Notes under the pieces: generated by a model
What the model saw: the letters and a program-made list of their open reading frames with translations, nothing else
What the model was told of the DNA's origin: nothing
Database searches by the model: none
Shown here: positions 34,905 to 52,133 of the stretch, piece after piece
How the letters are laid out: every line of letters begins with the position of its first letter
Position numbering within the stretch: the stretch's first letter is position 1
Made by a program: the position numbers and the translations under genes
Source of the DNA: the human T2T-CHM13v2.0 reference genome, Homo sapiens
Assembly (NCBI RefSeq): GCF_009914755.1
Contig: NC_060948.1
Direction: 5' to 3' (one strand)
DNA: 64,000 bases

Positions 34905-35196
34905 TTTTTTTTTAGACAGAATCTTGTCCTGTTGCACAGGGTGGGGTACAATGGCGCCATCTTTGCTGACTGCAAATTCTGCCTCACGGGTCCAAGCGAT
35001 TGTCCTCCCTCAGCCTCCCAGGTAGCTGGGACTACACCACACTGGGACTACACCAGCTGCCACCATGCCTAGCTAATTTTTTGGATTTTTAGTAGTGACA
35101 GCGTTTCACTGTATTGGCCAGGATGGTCTTGATCTCTTCACCTTGTGATCCCCTTGCCTTGGCCTCCAAATTTGCTGGGATTACAGGCCTGAGCCA
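34905..35196 (-). mobile_element. Alu, unit 15
   Basis: Copy of unit-1 Alu. Confidence 0.93.
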
Positions 35197-37301
35197 AGAT
35201 CCATATTTTTTAAATGAAAAAAAATTTCAAAGGTACTCTGCTTGGTACAATAATCAAATGTATAAACTGAGGAATAAAACATAACCATGAAACCTACTTA
35301 TAACTGCATATGGAAAATACAGAGGATAATTTTTTAAATAACATATTTTGAAAGCCTTAACTAGTAATTTGAAGAGTTGGCATTTGAAAGGCCAGTATGA
35401 ATATACCTTCAAAGCAGCAACACAGGTTCCCCATGAGAAAAAGCAAACACAGGGAAAATAAAAACACAAAGGTTCAATCTCTTCTGACCTTTGAAAGACA
35501 CAGCACAGACAGTGGTCCTTAGGACGAAGAGCAGGAGACCCCTAATTCCGTCACCATGGCGATAGGGCATAAACATTGCTGGGTGAGGGCACAATCCACA
35601 TTGTGAGGTCCAACTGCTGCCAGGAAGACAGGAGTGCTTTTACATAGACCGAAAGGTCATTGAAGGCTCAGAGTTTTGTTTCAAGAACTGAATCCCAAGC
35701 CCACACGTTATTAGGCTGCGCTTCTTAAAACAAGTTATGAGATGGGAAAAAGGGCACCCACAAACATACGTATACATTATGTATATAATAATATACAGTA
35801 TCATATATATAATATATATAACCTATGTATAATATTGTTTTACATCCTGCATCTAATGTTATATATATTGTATAAAATATAATAATTGATAATATATAAG
35901 TTTTATAATTATACAATATGACATATAGTATATATTATAATTTATGACATATATAATATATGTTATATGTCATATATAGAATATATTATACGGTTAATAT
36001 ACGTATTAAATATAAATTATACATTATATATATTATATATAATATATCTGTTATATATAATACCCATTATGCATAATATATATATTATGTCTATGTTATA
36101 TATAGCATAAAACAACATATAATAATATATAATTGTATATATAAAATGCGACATATAATATATATTATATTTTATTACATATGTAATATATATTATATAT
36201 TATATATAATACGTTGTATGTATAATACCTATATTAAATATATATTATATGACTATGTTATTAATTACATGTCACATGCGTTATATATTATATATTTTAT
36301 ATAGAATATACCGGTTACATACAATATATACTATGTTACCTATAATGTATAATTTATTACATGTAAAATAAAGAATGCAATATATTATGTAAAATTTATA
36401 ATATACCATATGTGGAATGTGATATATATAACATATAATATATGATATATGATGTACAGTATATGATATATAACATACAATATATGATTCCTAATATATA
36501 TGGTATACAATATATATTTTATGTTATGTATTCTATATGTTTTATATTCTGTTATATATAACTATTTGAAATTATATATAACTGTATAATATTTTATGTA
36601 AATATGTAATATAATATATATAACTATATAATATATTATATATAACTATATATTATGTTATATATACTTTTATAACATAATTTACATAAAATATCATAAT
36701 ATAATATATATTATATTATTTCATATTACATAATATATATTACATATCACCCAATATAACTAACATACATAATATTATAATATAGATTATATTATGTTAT
36801 ATTAAATATCATATATATCATGTATCATATATTCTATAATATATATTACACCTTATATAATATGTATGTTGTCTATTATGTGATATATATAACTATATAT
36901 ATAATTATATTTTTATACATATAACTAGATAAACATGTAATTCTACATATTTTCATTTATAATATGTAGAATTATATAATCATATATAATTATTTATATT
37001 CTATAAAAAATTTTATCATTATATAAATTATAATATATAAAAATTATAATATGTACTACAAATATATATATTATATATCATATATGATATAGTACCTTTG
37101 TTATATATCATAATACATATAAATGTGTATTATGTTATCTATAATTATATAATTTCATATATAAGATGTATAATATGTATCATATATTATATATGTTATG
37201 TAATATATATAGTATATATAAGATGACACAGGATAAATATTATATACTATGACATATAAAATATATGAGGTTATATGTTACTTATAAGGCATACCACATA
37301 A

Positions 37302-37616
<315 letters not shown>

Positions 37617-39721
37617 AGATCCATATTTTTTAAATGAAAAAAAATTTCAAAGGTACTCTGCTTGGTACAATAATCAAATGTATAAACTGAGGAATAAAAC
37701 ATAACCATGAAACCTACTTATAACTGCATATGGAAAATACAGAGGATAATTTTTTAAATAACATATTTTGAAAGCCTTAACTAGTAATTTGAAGAGCTGG
37801 CATTTGAAAGGCCAGTATGAATATACCTTCAAAGCAGCAACACAGGTTCCCCATGAGAAAAAGCAAACACAGGGAAAATAAAACCACAAAGGTTCAATCT
37901 CTTCTGACCTTTGAAAGACACAGCACAGACAGTGGTCCTTAGGACGAAGAGCAGGAGACCCCTAATTCCGTCACCATGGCGATAGGGCATAAACATTGCT
38001 GGGTGAGGGCACAATCCACATTGTGAGGTCCAACTGCTGCCAGGAAGACAGGAGTGCTTTTACATAGACCGAAAGGTCATTGAAGGCTCAGAGTTTTGTT
38101 TCAAGAACTGAATCCCAAGCCCACACGTTATTAGGCTGCGCTTCTTAAAACAAGTTATGAGATGGGAAAAAGGGCACCCACAAACATACGTATACATTAT
38201 GTATATAATAATATACAGTATCATATATATAATATATATAACCTATGTATAATATTGTTTTACATCCTGCATCTAATGTTATATATATTGTATAAAATAT
38301 AATAATTGATAATATATAAGTTTTATAATTATACAATATGACATATAGTATATATTATAATTTATGACATATATAATATATGTTATATGTCATATATAGA
38401 ATATATTATACGGTTAATATACGTATTAAATATAAATTATACATTATATATATTATATATAATATATCTGTTATATATAATACCCATTATGCATAATATA
38501 TATATTATGTCTATGTTATATATAGCATAAAACAACATATAATAATATATAATTGTATATATAAAATGCGACATATAATATATATTATATTTTATTACAT
38601 ATGTAATATATATTATATATTATATATAATACGTTGTATGTATAATACCTATATTAAATATATATTATATGACTATGTTATTAATTACATGTCACATGCG
38701 TTATATATTATATATTTTATATAGAATATACCGGTTACATACAATATATACTATGTTACCTATAATGTATAATTTATTACATGTAAAATAAAGAATGCAA
38801 TATATTATGTAAAATTTATAATATACCATATGTGGAATGTGATATATATAACATATAATATATGATATATGATGTACAGTATATGATATATAACATACAA
38901 TATATGATTCCTAATATATATGGTATACAATATATATTTTATGTTATGTATTCTATATGTTTTATATTCTGTTATATATAACTATTTGAAATTATATATA
39001 ACTGTATAATATTTTATGTAAATATGTAATATAATATATATAACTATATAATATATTATATATAACTATATATTATGTTATATATACTTTTATAACATAA
39101 TTTACATAAAATATCATAATATAATATATATTATATTATTTCATATTACATAATATATATTACATATCACCCAATATAACTAACATACATAATATTATAA
39201 TATAGATTATATTATGTTATATTAAATATCATATATATCATGTATCATATATTCTATAATATATATTACACCTTATATAATATGTATGTTGTCTATTATG
39301 TGATATATATAACTATATATATAATTATATTTTTATACATATAACTAGATAAACATGTAATTCTACATATTTTCATTTATAATATGTAGAATTATATAAT
39401 CATATATAATTATTTATATTCAATAAAAAATTTTATCATTATATGAATTATAATATATAAAAATTATAATATGTACTACAAATATATATATTATATATCA
39501 TATATGATATAGTACCTTTGTTATATATCATAATACATATAAATGTGTATTATGTTATCTATAATTATATAATTTCATATATAAGATGTATAATATGTAT
39601 CATATATTATATATGTTATGTAATATATATAGTATATATAAGATGACACAGGATAAATATTATATACTATGACATATAAAATATATGAGGTTATATGTTA
39701 CATATAAGGCATACCACATAA

Positions 39722-40036
<315 letters not shown>

Positions 40037-42164
40037 AGATCCATATTTTTTAAATGAAAAAAAATTTCAAAGGTACTCTGCTTGGTACAATAATCAAATG
40101 TATAAACTGAGGAATAAAACATAACCATGAAACCTACTTATAACTGCATATGGAAAATACAGAGGATAATTTTTTAAATAACATATTTTGAAAGCCTTAA
40201 CTAGTAATTTGAAGAGTTGGCATTTGAAAGGCCAGTATGAATATACCTTCAAAGCAGCAACACAGGTTCCCCATGAGAAAAAGCAAACACAGGGAAAATA
40301 AAAACACAAAGGTTCAATCTCTTCTGACCTTTGAAAGACACAGCACAGACAGTGGTCCTTAGGACGAAGAGCAGGAGACCCCTAATTCCGTCACCATGGC
40401 GATAGGGCATAAACATTGCTGGGTGAGGGCACAATCCACATTGTGAGGTCCAACTGCTGCCAGGAAGACAGGAGTGCTTTTACATAGACCGAAAGGTCAT
40501 TGAAGGCTCAGAGTTTTGTTTCAAGAACTGAATCCCAAGCCCACACGTTATTAGGCTGCGCTTCTTAAAACAAGTTATGAGATGGGAAAAAGGGCACCCA
40601 CAAACATACGTATACATTATGTATATAATAATATACAGTATCATATATATAATATATATAACCTATGTATAATATTGTTTTACATCCTGCATCTAATGTT
40701 ATATATATTGTATAAAATATAATAATTGATAATATATAAGTTTTATAATTATACAATATGACATATAGTATATATTATAATTTATGACATATATAATATA
40801 TGTTATATGTCATATATAGAATATATTATACGGTTAATATACGTATTAAATATAAATTATACATTATATATATTATATATAATATATCTGTTATATATAA
40901 TACCCATTATGCATAATATATATATTATGTCTATGTTATATATAGCATAAAACAACATATAATAATATATAATTGTATATATAAAATGCGACATATAATA
41001 TATATTATATTTTATTACATATGTAATATATATTATATATTATATATAATACGTTGTATGTATAATACCTATATTAAATATATATTATATGACTATGTTA
41101 TTAATTACATGTCACATGCGTTATATATTATATATTTTATATAGAATATACCGGTTACATACAATATATACTATGTTACCTATAATGTATAATTTATTAC
41201 ATGTAAAATAAAGAATGCAATATATTATGTAAAATTTATAATATACCATATGTGGAATGTGATATATATAACATATAATATATGATATATGATGTACAGT
41301 ATATGATATATAACATACAATATATGATTCCTAATATATATGGTATACAATATATATTTTATGTTATGCATTCTATATGTTTTATATTCTGTTATATATA
41401 ACTATTTGAAATTATATATAACTGTATAATATTTTATGTAAATATGTAATATAATATATATAACTATATAATATATTATATATAACTATATATTATGTTA
41501 TATATACTTTTATAACATAATTTACATAAAATATCATAATATAATATATATTATATTATTTCATATTACATAATATATATTACATATCACCCAATATAAC
41601 TAACATACATAATATTATAATATAGATTATATTATGTTATATTAAATATCATATATATCATGTATCATATATTCTATAATATATATTACACCTTATATAA
41701 TATGTATGTTGTCTATTATGTGATATATATAACTATATATATAATTATATTTTTATACATATAACTAGATAAACATGTAATTCTACATATTTTCATTTAT
41801 AATATGTAGAATTATATAATCATATATAATTATTTATATTCTATAAAAAATTTTATCATTATATAAATTATAATATATAAAAATTATAATATGTACTATA
41901 AATATATATATTATATATCATATATGATATAGTACTATTGTTATATTTCATAATACATATAAATGTGTATTATGTTATCTATAATTATATAATTTCATAT
42001 ATAAGATGTATAATATGTATCATAAATTATATATGTTGTGTAATATATATAGTATATATAAGATGACACAGGATAAATATTATATACTATGACATATAAA
42101 ATATATGAGGTTATATGTTACATATAAGGCATAGCACAGAACATGTAATATATATCATATATAA

Positions 42165-42456
42165 TTTTTTTTTAGACAGAATCTTGTCCTGTTGCACAGG
42201 GTGGGGTACAATGGCGCCATCTTTGCTCACTGCAACTTCTGCCTCACGGGTCCAAGCGATTGTCCTCCCTCAGCCTCCCAGGTAGCTGGGACTACACCAC
42301 ACTGGGACTACACCAGCTGCCACCATGCCTAGCTAATTTTTTGGATTTTTAGTAGTGACAGCGTTTCACTGTATTGGCCAGGATGGTCTTGATCTCTTCA
42401 CCTTGTGATCCCCTTGCCTTGGCCTCCAAATTTGCTGGGATTACAGGCCTGAGCCA
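42165..42456 (-). mobile_element. Alu, unit 18
   Basis: Copy of unit-1 Alu. Confidence 0.93.
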
Positions 42457-44584
42457 AGATCCATATTTTTTAAATGAAAAAAAATTTCAAAGGTACTCTG
42501 CTTGGTACAATAATCAAATGTATAAACTGAGGAATAAAACATAACCATGAAACCTACTTATAACTGCATATGGAAAATACAGAGGATAATTTTTTAAATA
42601 ACATATTTTGAAAGCCTTAACTAGTAATTTGAAGAGTTGGCATTTGAAAGGCCAGTATGAATATACCTTCAAAGCAGCAACACAGGTTCCCCATGAGAAA
42701 AAGCAAACACAGGGAAAATAAAAACACAAAGGTTCAATCTCTTCTGACCTTTGAAAGACACAGCACAGACAGTGGTCCTTAGGACGAAGAGCAGGAGACC
42801 CCTAATTCCGTCACCATGGCGATAGGGCATAAACATTGCTGGGTGAGGGCACAATCCACATTGTGAGGTCCAACTGCTGCCAGGAAGACAGGAGTGCTTT
42901 TACATAGACCGAAAGGTCATTGAAGGCTCAGAGTTTTGTTTCAAGAACTGAATCCCAAGCCCACACGTTATTAGGCTGCGCTTCTTAAAACAAGTTATGA
43001 GATGGGAAAAAGGGCACCCACAAACATACGTATACATTATGTATATAATAATATACAGTATCATATATATAATATATATAACCTATGTATAATATTGTTT
43101 TACATCCTGCATCTAATGTTATATATATTGTATAAAATATAATAATTGATAATATATAAGTTTTATAATTATACAATATGACATATAGTATATATTATAA
43201 TTTATGACATATATAATATATGTTATATGTCATATATAGAATATATTATACGGTTAATATACGTATTAAATATAAATTATACATTATATATATTATATAT
43301 AATATATCTGTTATATATAATACCCATTATGCATAATATATATATTATGTCTATGTTATATATAGTATAAAACAACATATAATAATATATAATTGTATAT
43401 ATAAAATGCGACATATAATATATATTATATTTTATAACATATGTAATATATATTATATATTATATATAATACGTTGTATGTATAATACCTATATTAAATA
43501 TATATTATATGACTATGTTATTAATTACATGTCACATGTGTTATATATTATATATTTTACATAGAATATACCGGTTACATACAATATATACTATGTTACC
43601 TATAATGTATAATTTATTACATGTAAAATAAAGAATGCAATATATTATGTATAATTTATAATATACCATATGTGGAATGTGATATATATAACATATAATA
43701 TATGATATATGATATACAGTATATGATATATAACATACAATATATGATTCCTAATATATATGGTATACAATATATATTTTATGATATGTATTCTATATGT
43801 TTTATATTCTGTTATATATAACTATTTGAAATTATATATAACTGTATAATATTTTATGTAAATATGTAATATAATATATATAACTATATAATATATTATA
43901 TATAACTATATATTATGTTATATATACTTTTATAACATAATTTACATAAAATATCATAATATAATATATATTATATTATTTCATATTACATAATATATAT
44001 TACATATCACCCAATATAACTAACATACATAATATTATAATATAGATTATATTGTGTTATATTAAATATCATATATATCATGTATCATATATTCTATAAT
44101 ATATATTACACATTATATAATATGTATGTTGTCTATTATGTGATATATATAACTATATATATAATTATATTTTTATACATATAACTAGATAAACATGTAA
44201 TTCTACATATTTTCATTTATAATATGTAGAATTATATAATCATATATAATTATTTATATTCTATAAAAAATTTTATCATTATATAAATTATAATATATAA
44301 AAATTGTAATATGTACTACAAATATATATATTATATATCATATATGATATAGTACTATTGTTATATTTCATAATACATATAAATGTGTATTATGTTATCT
44401 ATAATTATATAATTTCATATATAAGATGTATAATATGTATCATAAAATATATATGTTGTGTAATATATATAGTATATATAAGATGACACAGGATAAATAT
44501 TATATACTATGACATATAAAATATATGAGGTTATATGTTACATATAAGGCATAGCACATAACATGTAATATATATCATATATAA

Positions 44585-44876
44585 TTTTTTTTTAGACAGA
44601 ATCTTGTCCTGTTGCACAGGGTGGGGTACAATGGCGCCATCTTTGCTGACTGCAAATTCTGCCTCACGGGTCCAAGCGATTGTCCTCCCTCAGCCTCCCA
44701 GGTAGCTGGGACTACACCACACTGGGACTACACCAGCTGCCACCATGCCTAGCTAATTTTTTGGATTTTTAGTAGTGACAGCGTTTCACTGTATTGGCCA
44801 GGATGGTCTTGATCTCTTCACCTTCTGATCCCCTTGCCTTGGCCTCCAAATTTGCTGGGATTACAGGCCTGAGCCA
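44585..44876 (-). mobile_element. Alu, unit 19
   Basis: Copy of unit-1 Alu. Confidence 0.93.
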
Positions 44877-46978
44877 AGATCCATATTTTTTAAATGAAAA
44901 AAAATTTCAAAGGTACTCTGCTTGGTACAATAATCAAATGTATAAACTGAGGAATAAAACATAACCATGAAACCTACTTATAACTGCATATGGAAAATAC
45001 AGAGGATAATTTTTTAAATAACATATTTTGAAAGCCTTAACTAGTAATTTGAAGAGTTGGCATTTGAAAGGCCAGTATGAATATACCTTCAAAGCAGCAA
45101 CACAGGTTCCCCATGAGAAAAAGCAAACACAGGGAAAATAAAAACACAAAGGTTCAATCTCTTCTGACCTTTGAAAGACACAGCACAGACAGTGGTCCTT
45201 AGGACGAAGAGCAGGAGACCCCTAATTCCGTCACCATGGCGATAGGGCATAAACATTGCTGGGTGAGGACACAATCCACATTGTGAGGTCCAACTGCTGC
45301 CAGGAAGACAGGAGTGCTTTTACATAGACCGAAAGGTCATTGAAGGCTCAGAGTTTTGTTTCAAGAACTGAATCCCAAGCCCACACGTTATTAGGCTGCG
45401 CTTCTTAAAACAAGTTATGAGATGGGAAAAAGGGCACCCACAAACATACGTATACAATATGTATATAATAATATACAGTATCATATATATAATATATATA
45501 ACCTATGTATAATATTGTTTTACATCCTGCATCTTATGTTATATATATTGTATAAAATATAATAATTGATAATATATAAGTTTTATAATTATACAATATG
45601 ACATATAGTATATATTATAATTTATGACATATATAATATATGTTATATGTCATATATAGAATATATTATACGGTTAATATACGTATTAAATATAAATTAT
45701 ACATTATATATATTATATATAATATATCTGTTATATATAATACCCATTATGCATAATATATATATTATGTCTATGTTATATAAAGTATAAAACAACATAT
45801 AATAATATATAATTGTATATATAAAATGCGACATATAATATATATTATATTTTATTACATATGTAATATATATTATATATTATATATAATACGTTGTATG
45901 TATAATACCTATATTAAATATATATTATATGACTATGTTATTAATTACATGTCACATGCGTTATATATTATATATTTTACATAGAATATACCGGTTACAT
46001 ACAATATATACTATGTTACCTATAACGTATAATTTATTACATGTAAAATAAAGAATGCAATATATTATGTAAAATTTATAATATACCATATGTGGAATGT
46101 GATATATATAACATATAATATATGATATATGATGTACAGTATATGATATATAACATACAATATATGATTCCTAATATATATGGTATACAATATATATTTT
46201 ATGTTATGTATTCTATATGTTTTATATTCTGTTATATATAACTATTTGAAATTATATATAACTGTATAATATTTTATGTAAATATGTAATATAATATATA
46301 TAACTATATAATATATTATATATAACTATATATTATGTTATATATACTTTTATAACATAATTTACATAAAATATAATATAATATATATTATATTATTTCA
46401 TATTACATAATATATATTACATATCACCCAATATAACTAACATACATAATATTATAATATAGATTATATTATGTTATATTAAATATCATATATATCATGT
46501 ATCATATATTCTATAATATATATTACACCTTATATAATATGTATGTTGTCTATTATGTGATATATATAACTATATATATAATTATATTTTTATACATATA
46601 ACTAGATAAACATGTAATTCTACATATTTCCATTTATAATATGTAGAATTATATAATCATATATAATTATTTATATTCTATAAAAAATTTTATCATTATA
46701 TAAATTATAATATATAAAAATTATAATATGTACTACAAATATATATATTATATATCATATATGATATAGTACCTTTGTTATATATCATAATACATATAAA
46801 TGTGTATTATGTTATCTATAATTATATAATTTCATATATAAGATGTATAATATGTATCATATATTATATATGTTATGTAATATATATAGTATATATAAGA
46901 TGACACAGGATAAATATTATATACTATGACATATAAAATATATGAGGTTATATGTTACATATAAGGCATAGCACATAA

Positions 46979-47293
<315 letters not shown>

Positions 47294-49421
47294 AGATCCA
47301 TATTTTTTAAATGAAAAAAAATTTCAAAGGTACTCTGCTTGGTACAATAATCAAATGTATAAACTGAGGAATAAAACATAACCATGAAACCTACTTATAA
47401 CTGCATATGGAAAATACAGAGGATAATTTTTTAAATAACATATTTTGAAAGCCTTAACTAGTAATTTGAAGAGCTGGCATTTGAAAGGCCAGTATGAATA
47501 TACCTTCAAAGCAGCAACACAGGTTCCCCATGAGAAAAAGCAAACACAGGGAAAATAAAACCACAAAGGTTCAATCTCTTCTGACCTTTGAAAGACACAG
47601 CACAGACAGTGGTCCTTAGGACGAAGAGCAGGAGACCCCTAATTCCGTCACCATGGCGATAGGGCATAAACATTGCTGGGTGAGGGCACAATCCACATTG
47701 TGAGGTCCAACTGCTGCCAGGAAGACAGGAGTGCTTTTACATAGACCGAAAGGTAATTGAAGGCTCAGAGTTTTCTTTCAAGAACTGAATCCCAAGCCCA
47801 CACGTTATTAGGCTGCGCTTCTTAAAACAAGTTATGAGATGGGAAAAAGGGCACCCACAAACATACGTATACATTATGTATATAATAATATACAGTATCA
47901 TATATATAATATATATAACCTATGTATAATATTGTTTTACATCCTGCATCTTATGTTATATATATTGTATAAAATATAATAATTGATAATATATAAGTTT
48001 TATAATTATACAATATGACATATAGTATATATTATAATTTATGACATATATAATATATGTTATATGTCATATATAGAATATATTATACGGTTAATATACG
48101 TATTAAATATAAATTATACATTATATATATTATATATAATATATCTGTTATATATAATACCCATTATGCATAATATATATATTATGTCTATGTTATATAT
48201 AGTATAAAACAACATATAATAATATATAATTGTATATATAAAATGCGACATATAATATATATTATATTTTATAACATATGTAATATATATTATATATTAT
48301 ATATAATACGTTGTATGTATAATACCAATATTAAATATATATTATATGACTATGTTATTAATTACGTGTCACATGTGTTATATATTATATATTTTACATA
48401 GAATATACCGGTTACATACAATATATACTATGTTACCTATAATGTATAATTTATTACATGTAAAATAAAGAATGCAATATATTATGTAAAATTTATAATA
48501 TACCATATGTGGAATGTGATATATATAACATATAATATATGATATATGATGTACAGTATATGATATATAACATACAATATATGATTCCTAATATATATGG
48601 TATACAATATATATTTTATGTTATGTATTCTATATGTTTTATATTCTGTTATATATAACTATATGAAATTATATATAACTGTATAATATTTTATGTAAAT
48701 ATGTAATATAATATATATAACTATATAATATATTATATATAACTATATATTATGTTATATATACTTTTATAACATAATTTACATAAAATATCATAATATA
48801 ATATATATTATATTATTTCATATTACATAATATATATTACATATCACCCAATATAAATAACATACATAATATTATAATATAGATTATATTATGTTATATT
48901 AAATATCATATATATCATGTATCATATATTCTATAATATATATTACACCTTATATAATATGTATGTTGTCTATTATGTGATATATATAACTATATATATA
49001 ATTATATTTTTATACATATAACTAGATAAACATGTAATTCTACATATTTCCATTTATAATATGTAGAATTATATATTCATATATAATTATTTATATTCTA
49101 TAAAAAATTTTATCATTATATAAATTATAATATATAAAAATTATAATATGTACTACAAATATATATATTATATATCATATATGATATAGTACTATTGTTA
49201 TATTTCATAATACATATAAATGTGTATTATGTTATCTATAATTATATAATTTCATATATAAGATGTATAATATGTATCATAAAATATATATGTTGTGTAA
49301 TATATATAGTATATATAAGATGACACAGGATAAATATTATATACTATGACATATAAAATATATGAGGTTATATGTTACATATAAGGCATAGCACATAACA
49401 TGTAATATATATCATATATAA

Positions 49422-49713
49422 TTTTTTTTTAGACAGAATCTTGTCCTGTTGCACAGGGTGGGGTACAATGGCGCCATCTTTGCTGACGGCAAATTCTGCC
49501 TCACGGGTCCAAGCGATTGTCCTCCCTCAGCCTCCCAGGTAGCTGGGACTACACCACACTGGGACTACACCAGCTGCCACCATGCCTAGCTAATTTTTTG
49601 GATTTTTAGTAGTGACAGCGTTTCACTGTATTGGCCAGGATGGTCTTGATCTCTTCACCTTGTGATCCCCTTGCCTTGGCCTCCAAATTTGCTGGGATTA
49701 CAGGCCTGAGCCA
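49422..49713 (-). mobile_element. Alu, unit 21
   Basis: Copy of unit-1 Alu; GCTGACGGC variant. Confidence 0.93.
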
Positions 49714-51841
49714 AGATCCATATTTTTTAAATGAAAAAAAATTTCAAAGGTACTCTGCTTGGTACAATAATCAAATGTATAAACTGAGGAATAAAACATA
49801 ACCATGAAACCTACTTATAACTGCATATGGAAAATACAGAGGATAATTTTTTAAATAACATATTTTGAAAGCCTTAACTAGTAATTTGAAGAGCTGGCAT
49901 TTGAAAGGCCAGTATGAATATACCTTCAAAGCAGCAACACAGGTTCCCCATGAGAAAAAGCAAACACAGGGAAAATAAAAACACAAAGGTTCAATCTCTT
50001 CTGACCTTTGAAAGACACAGCACAGACAGTGGTCCTTAGGACGAAGAGCAGGAGACCCCTAATTCCGTCACCATGGCGATAGGGCATAAACATTGCTGGG
50101 TGAGGGCACAATCCACATTGTGAGGTCCAACTGCTGCCAGGAAGACAGGAGTGCTTTTACATAGACCGAAAGGTCATTGAAGGCTCAGAGTTTTGTTTCA
50201 AGAACTGAATCCCAAGCCCACACGTTATTAGGCTGCGCTTCTTAAAACAAGTTATGAGATGGGAAAAAGGGCACCCACAAACATACGTATACATTATGTA
50301 TATAATAATATACAGTATCATATATATAATATATATAACCTATGTATAATATTGTTTTACATCCTGCATCTTATGTTATATATATTGTATAAAATATAAT
50401 AATTGATAATATATAAGTTTTATAATTATACAATATGACATATAGTATATATTATAATTTATGACATATATAATATATGTTATATGTCATATATAGAATA
50501 TATTATACGGTTAATATACGTATTAAATATAAATTATACATTATATATATTATATATAATATATCTGTTATATATAATACCCATTATGCATAATATATAT
50601 ATTATGTCTATGTTATATATAGTATAAAACAACATATAATAATATATAATTGTATATATAAAATGCGACATATAATATATATTATATTTTATTACATATG
50701 CAATATATATTATATATTATATATAATACGTTGTATGTATAATACCTATATTAAATATATATTATATGACTATGTTATTAATTACATGTCACATGCGTTA
50801 TATATTATATATTTTACATAGAATATACCGGTTACATACAATATATACTATGTTACCTATAATGTATAATTTATTACATGTAAAATAAAGAATGCAATAT
50901 ATTATGTAAAATTTATAATATACCATATGTGGAATGTGATATATATAACATATAATATATGATATATGATGTACAGTATATGATATATAACATACAATAT
51001 ATGATTCCTAATATATATGGTATACAATATATATTTTATGTTATGTATTCTATATGTTTTATATTCTGTTATATATAACTATTTGAAATTATATATAACT
51101 GTATAATATTTTATGTAAATATGTAATATAATATATATAACTATATAATATATTATATATAACTATATATTATGTTATATATACTTTTATAACATAATTT
51201 ACATAAAATATCATAATATAATATATATTATATTATTTCATATTACATAATATATATTACATATCACCCAATATAACTAACATACATAATATTATAATAT
51301 AGATTATATTATGTTATATTAAATATCATATATATCATGTATCATATATTCTATAATATATATTACACCTTATATAATATGTATGTTGTCTATTATGTGA
51401 TATATATAACTATATATATAATTATATTTTTATACATATAACTAGATAAACATGTAATTCTACATATTTTCATTTATAATATGTAGAATTATATAATCAT
51501 ATATAATTATTTATATTCTATAAAAAATTTTATCATTATATAAATTATAATATATAAAAATTATAATATGTACTACAAATATATATATTATATATCATAT
51601 ATGATATAGTACTATTGTTATATTTCATAATACATATAAATGTGTATTATGTTATCTATAATTATATAATTTCATATATAAGATGTATAATATGTATCAT
51701 AAAATATATATGTTGTGTAATATATATAGTATATATAAGATGACACAGGATAAATATTATATACTATGACATATAAAATATATGAGGTTATATGTTACAT
51801 ATAAGGCATAGCACATAACATGTAATATATATCATATATAA

Positions 51842-52133
51842 TTTTTTTTTAGACAGAATCTTGTCCTGTTGCACAGGGTGGGGTACAATGGCGCCATCTT
51901 TGCTGACTGCAAATTCTGCCTCACGGGTCCAAGCGATTGTCCTCCCTCAGCCTCCCAGGTAGCTGGGACTACACCACACTGGGACTACACCAGCTGCCAC
52001 CATGCCTAGCTAATTTTTTGGATTTTTAGTAGTGACAGCGTTTCACTGTATTGGCCAGGATGGTCTTGATCTCTTCACCTTGTGATCCCCTTGCCTTGGC
52101 CTCCAAATTTGCTGGGATTACAGGCCTGAGCCA
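51842..52133 (-). mobile_element. Alu, unit 22
   Basis: Copy of unit-1 Alu. Confidence 0.93.
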
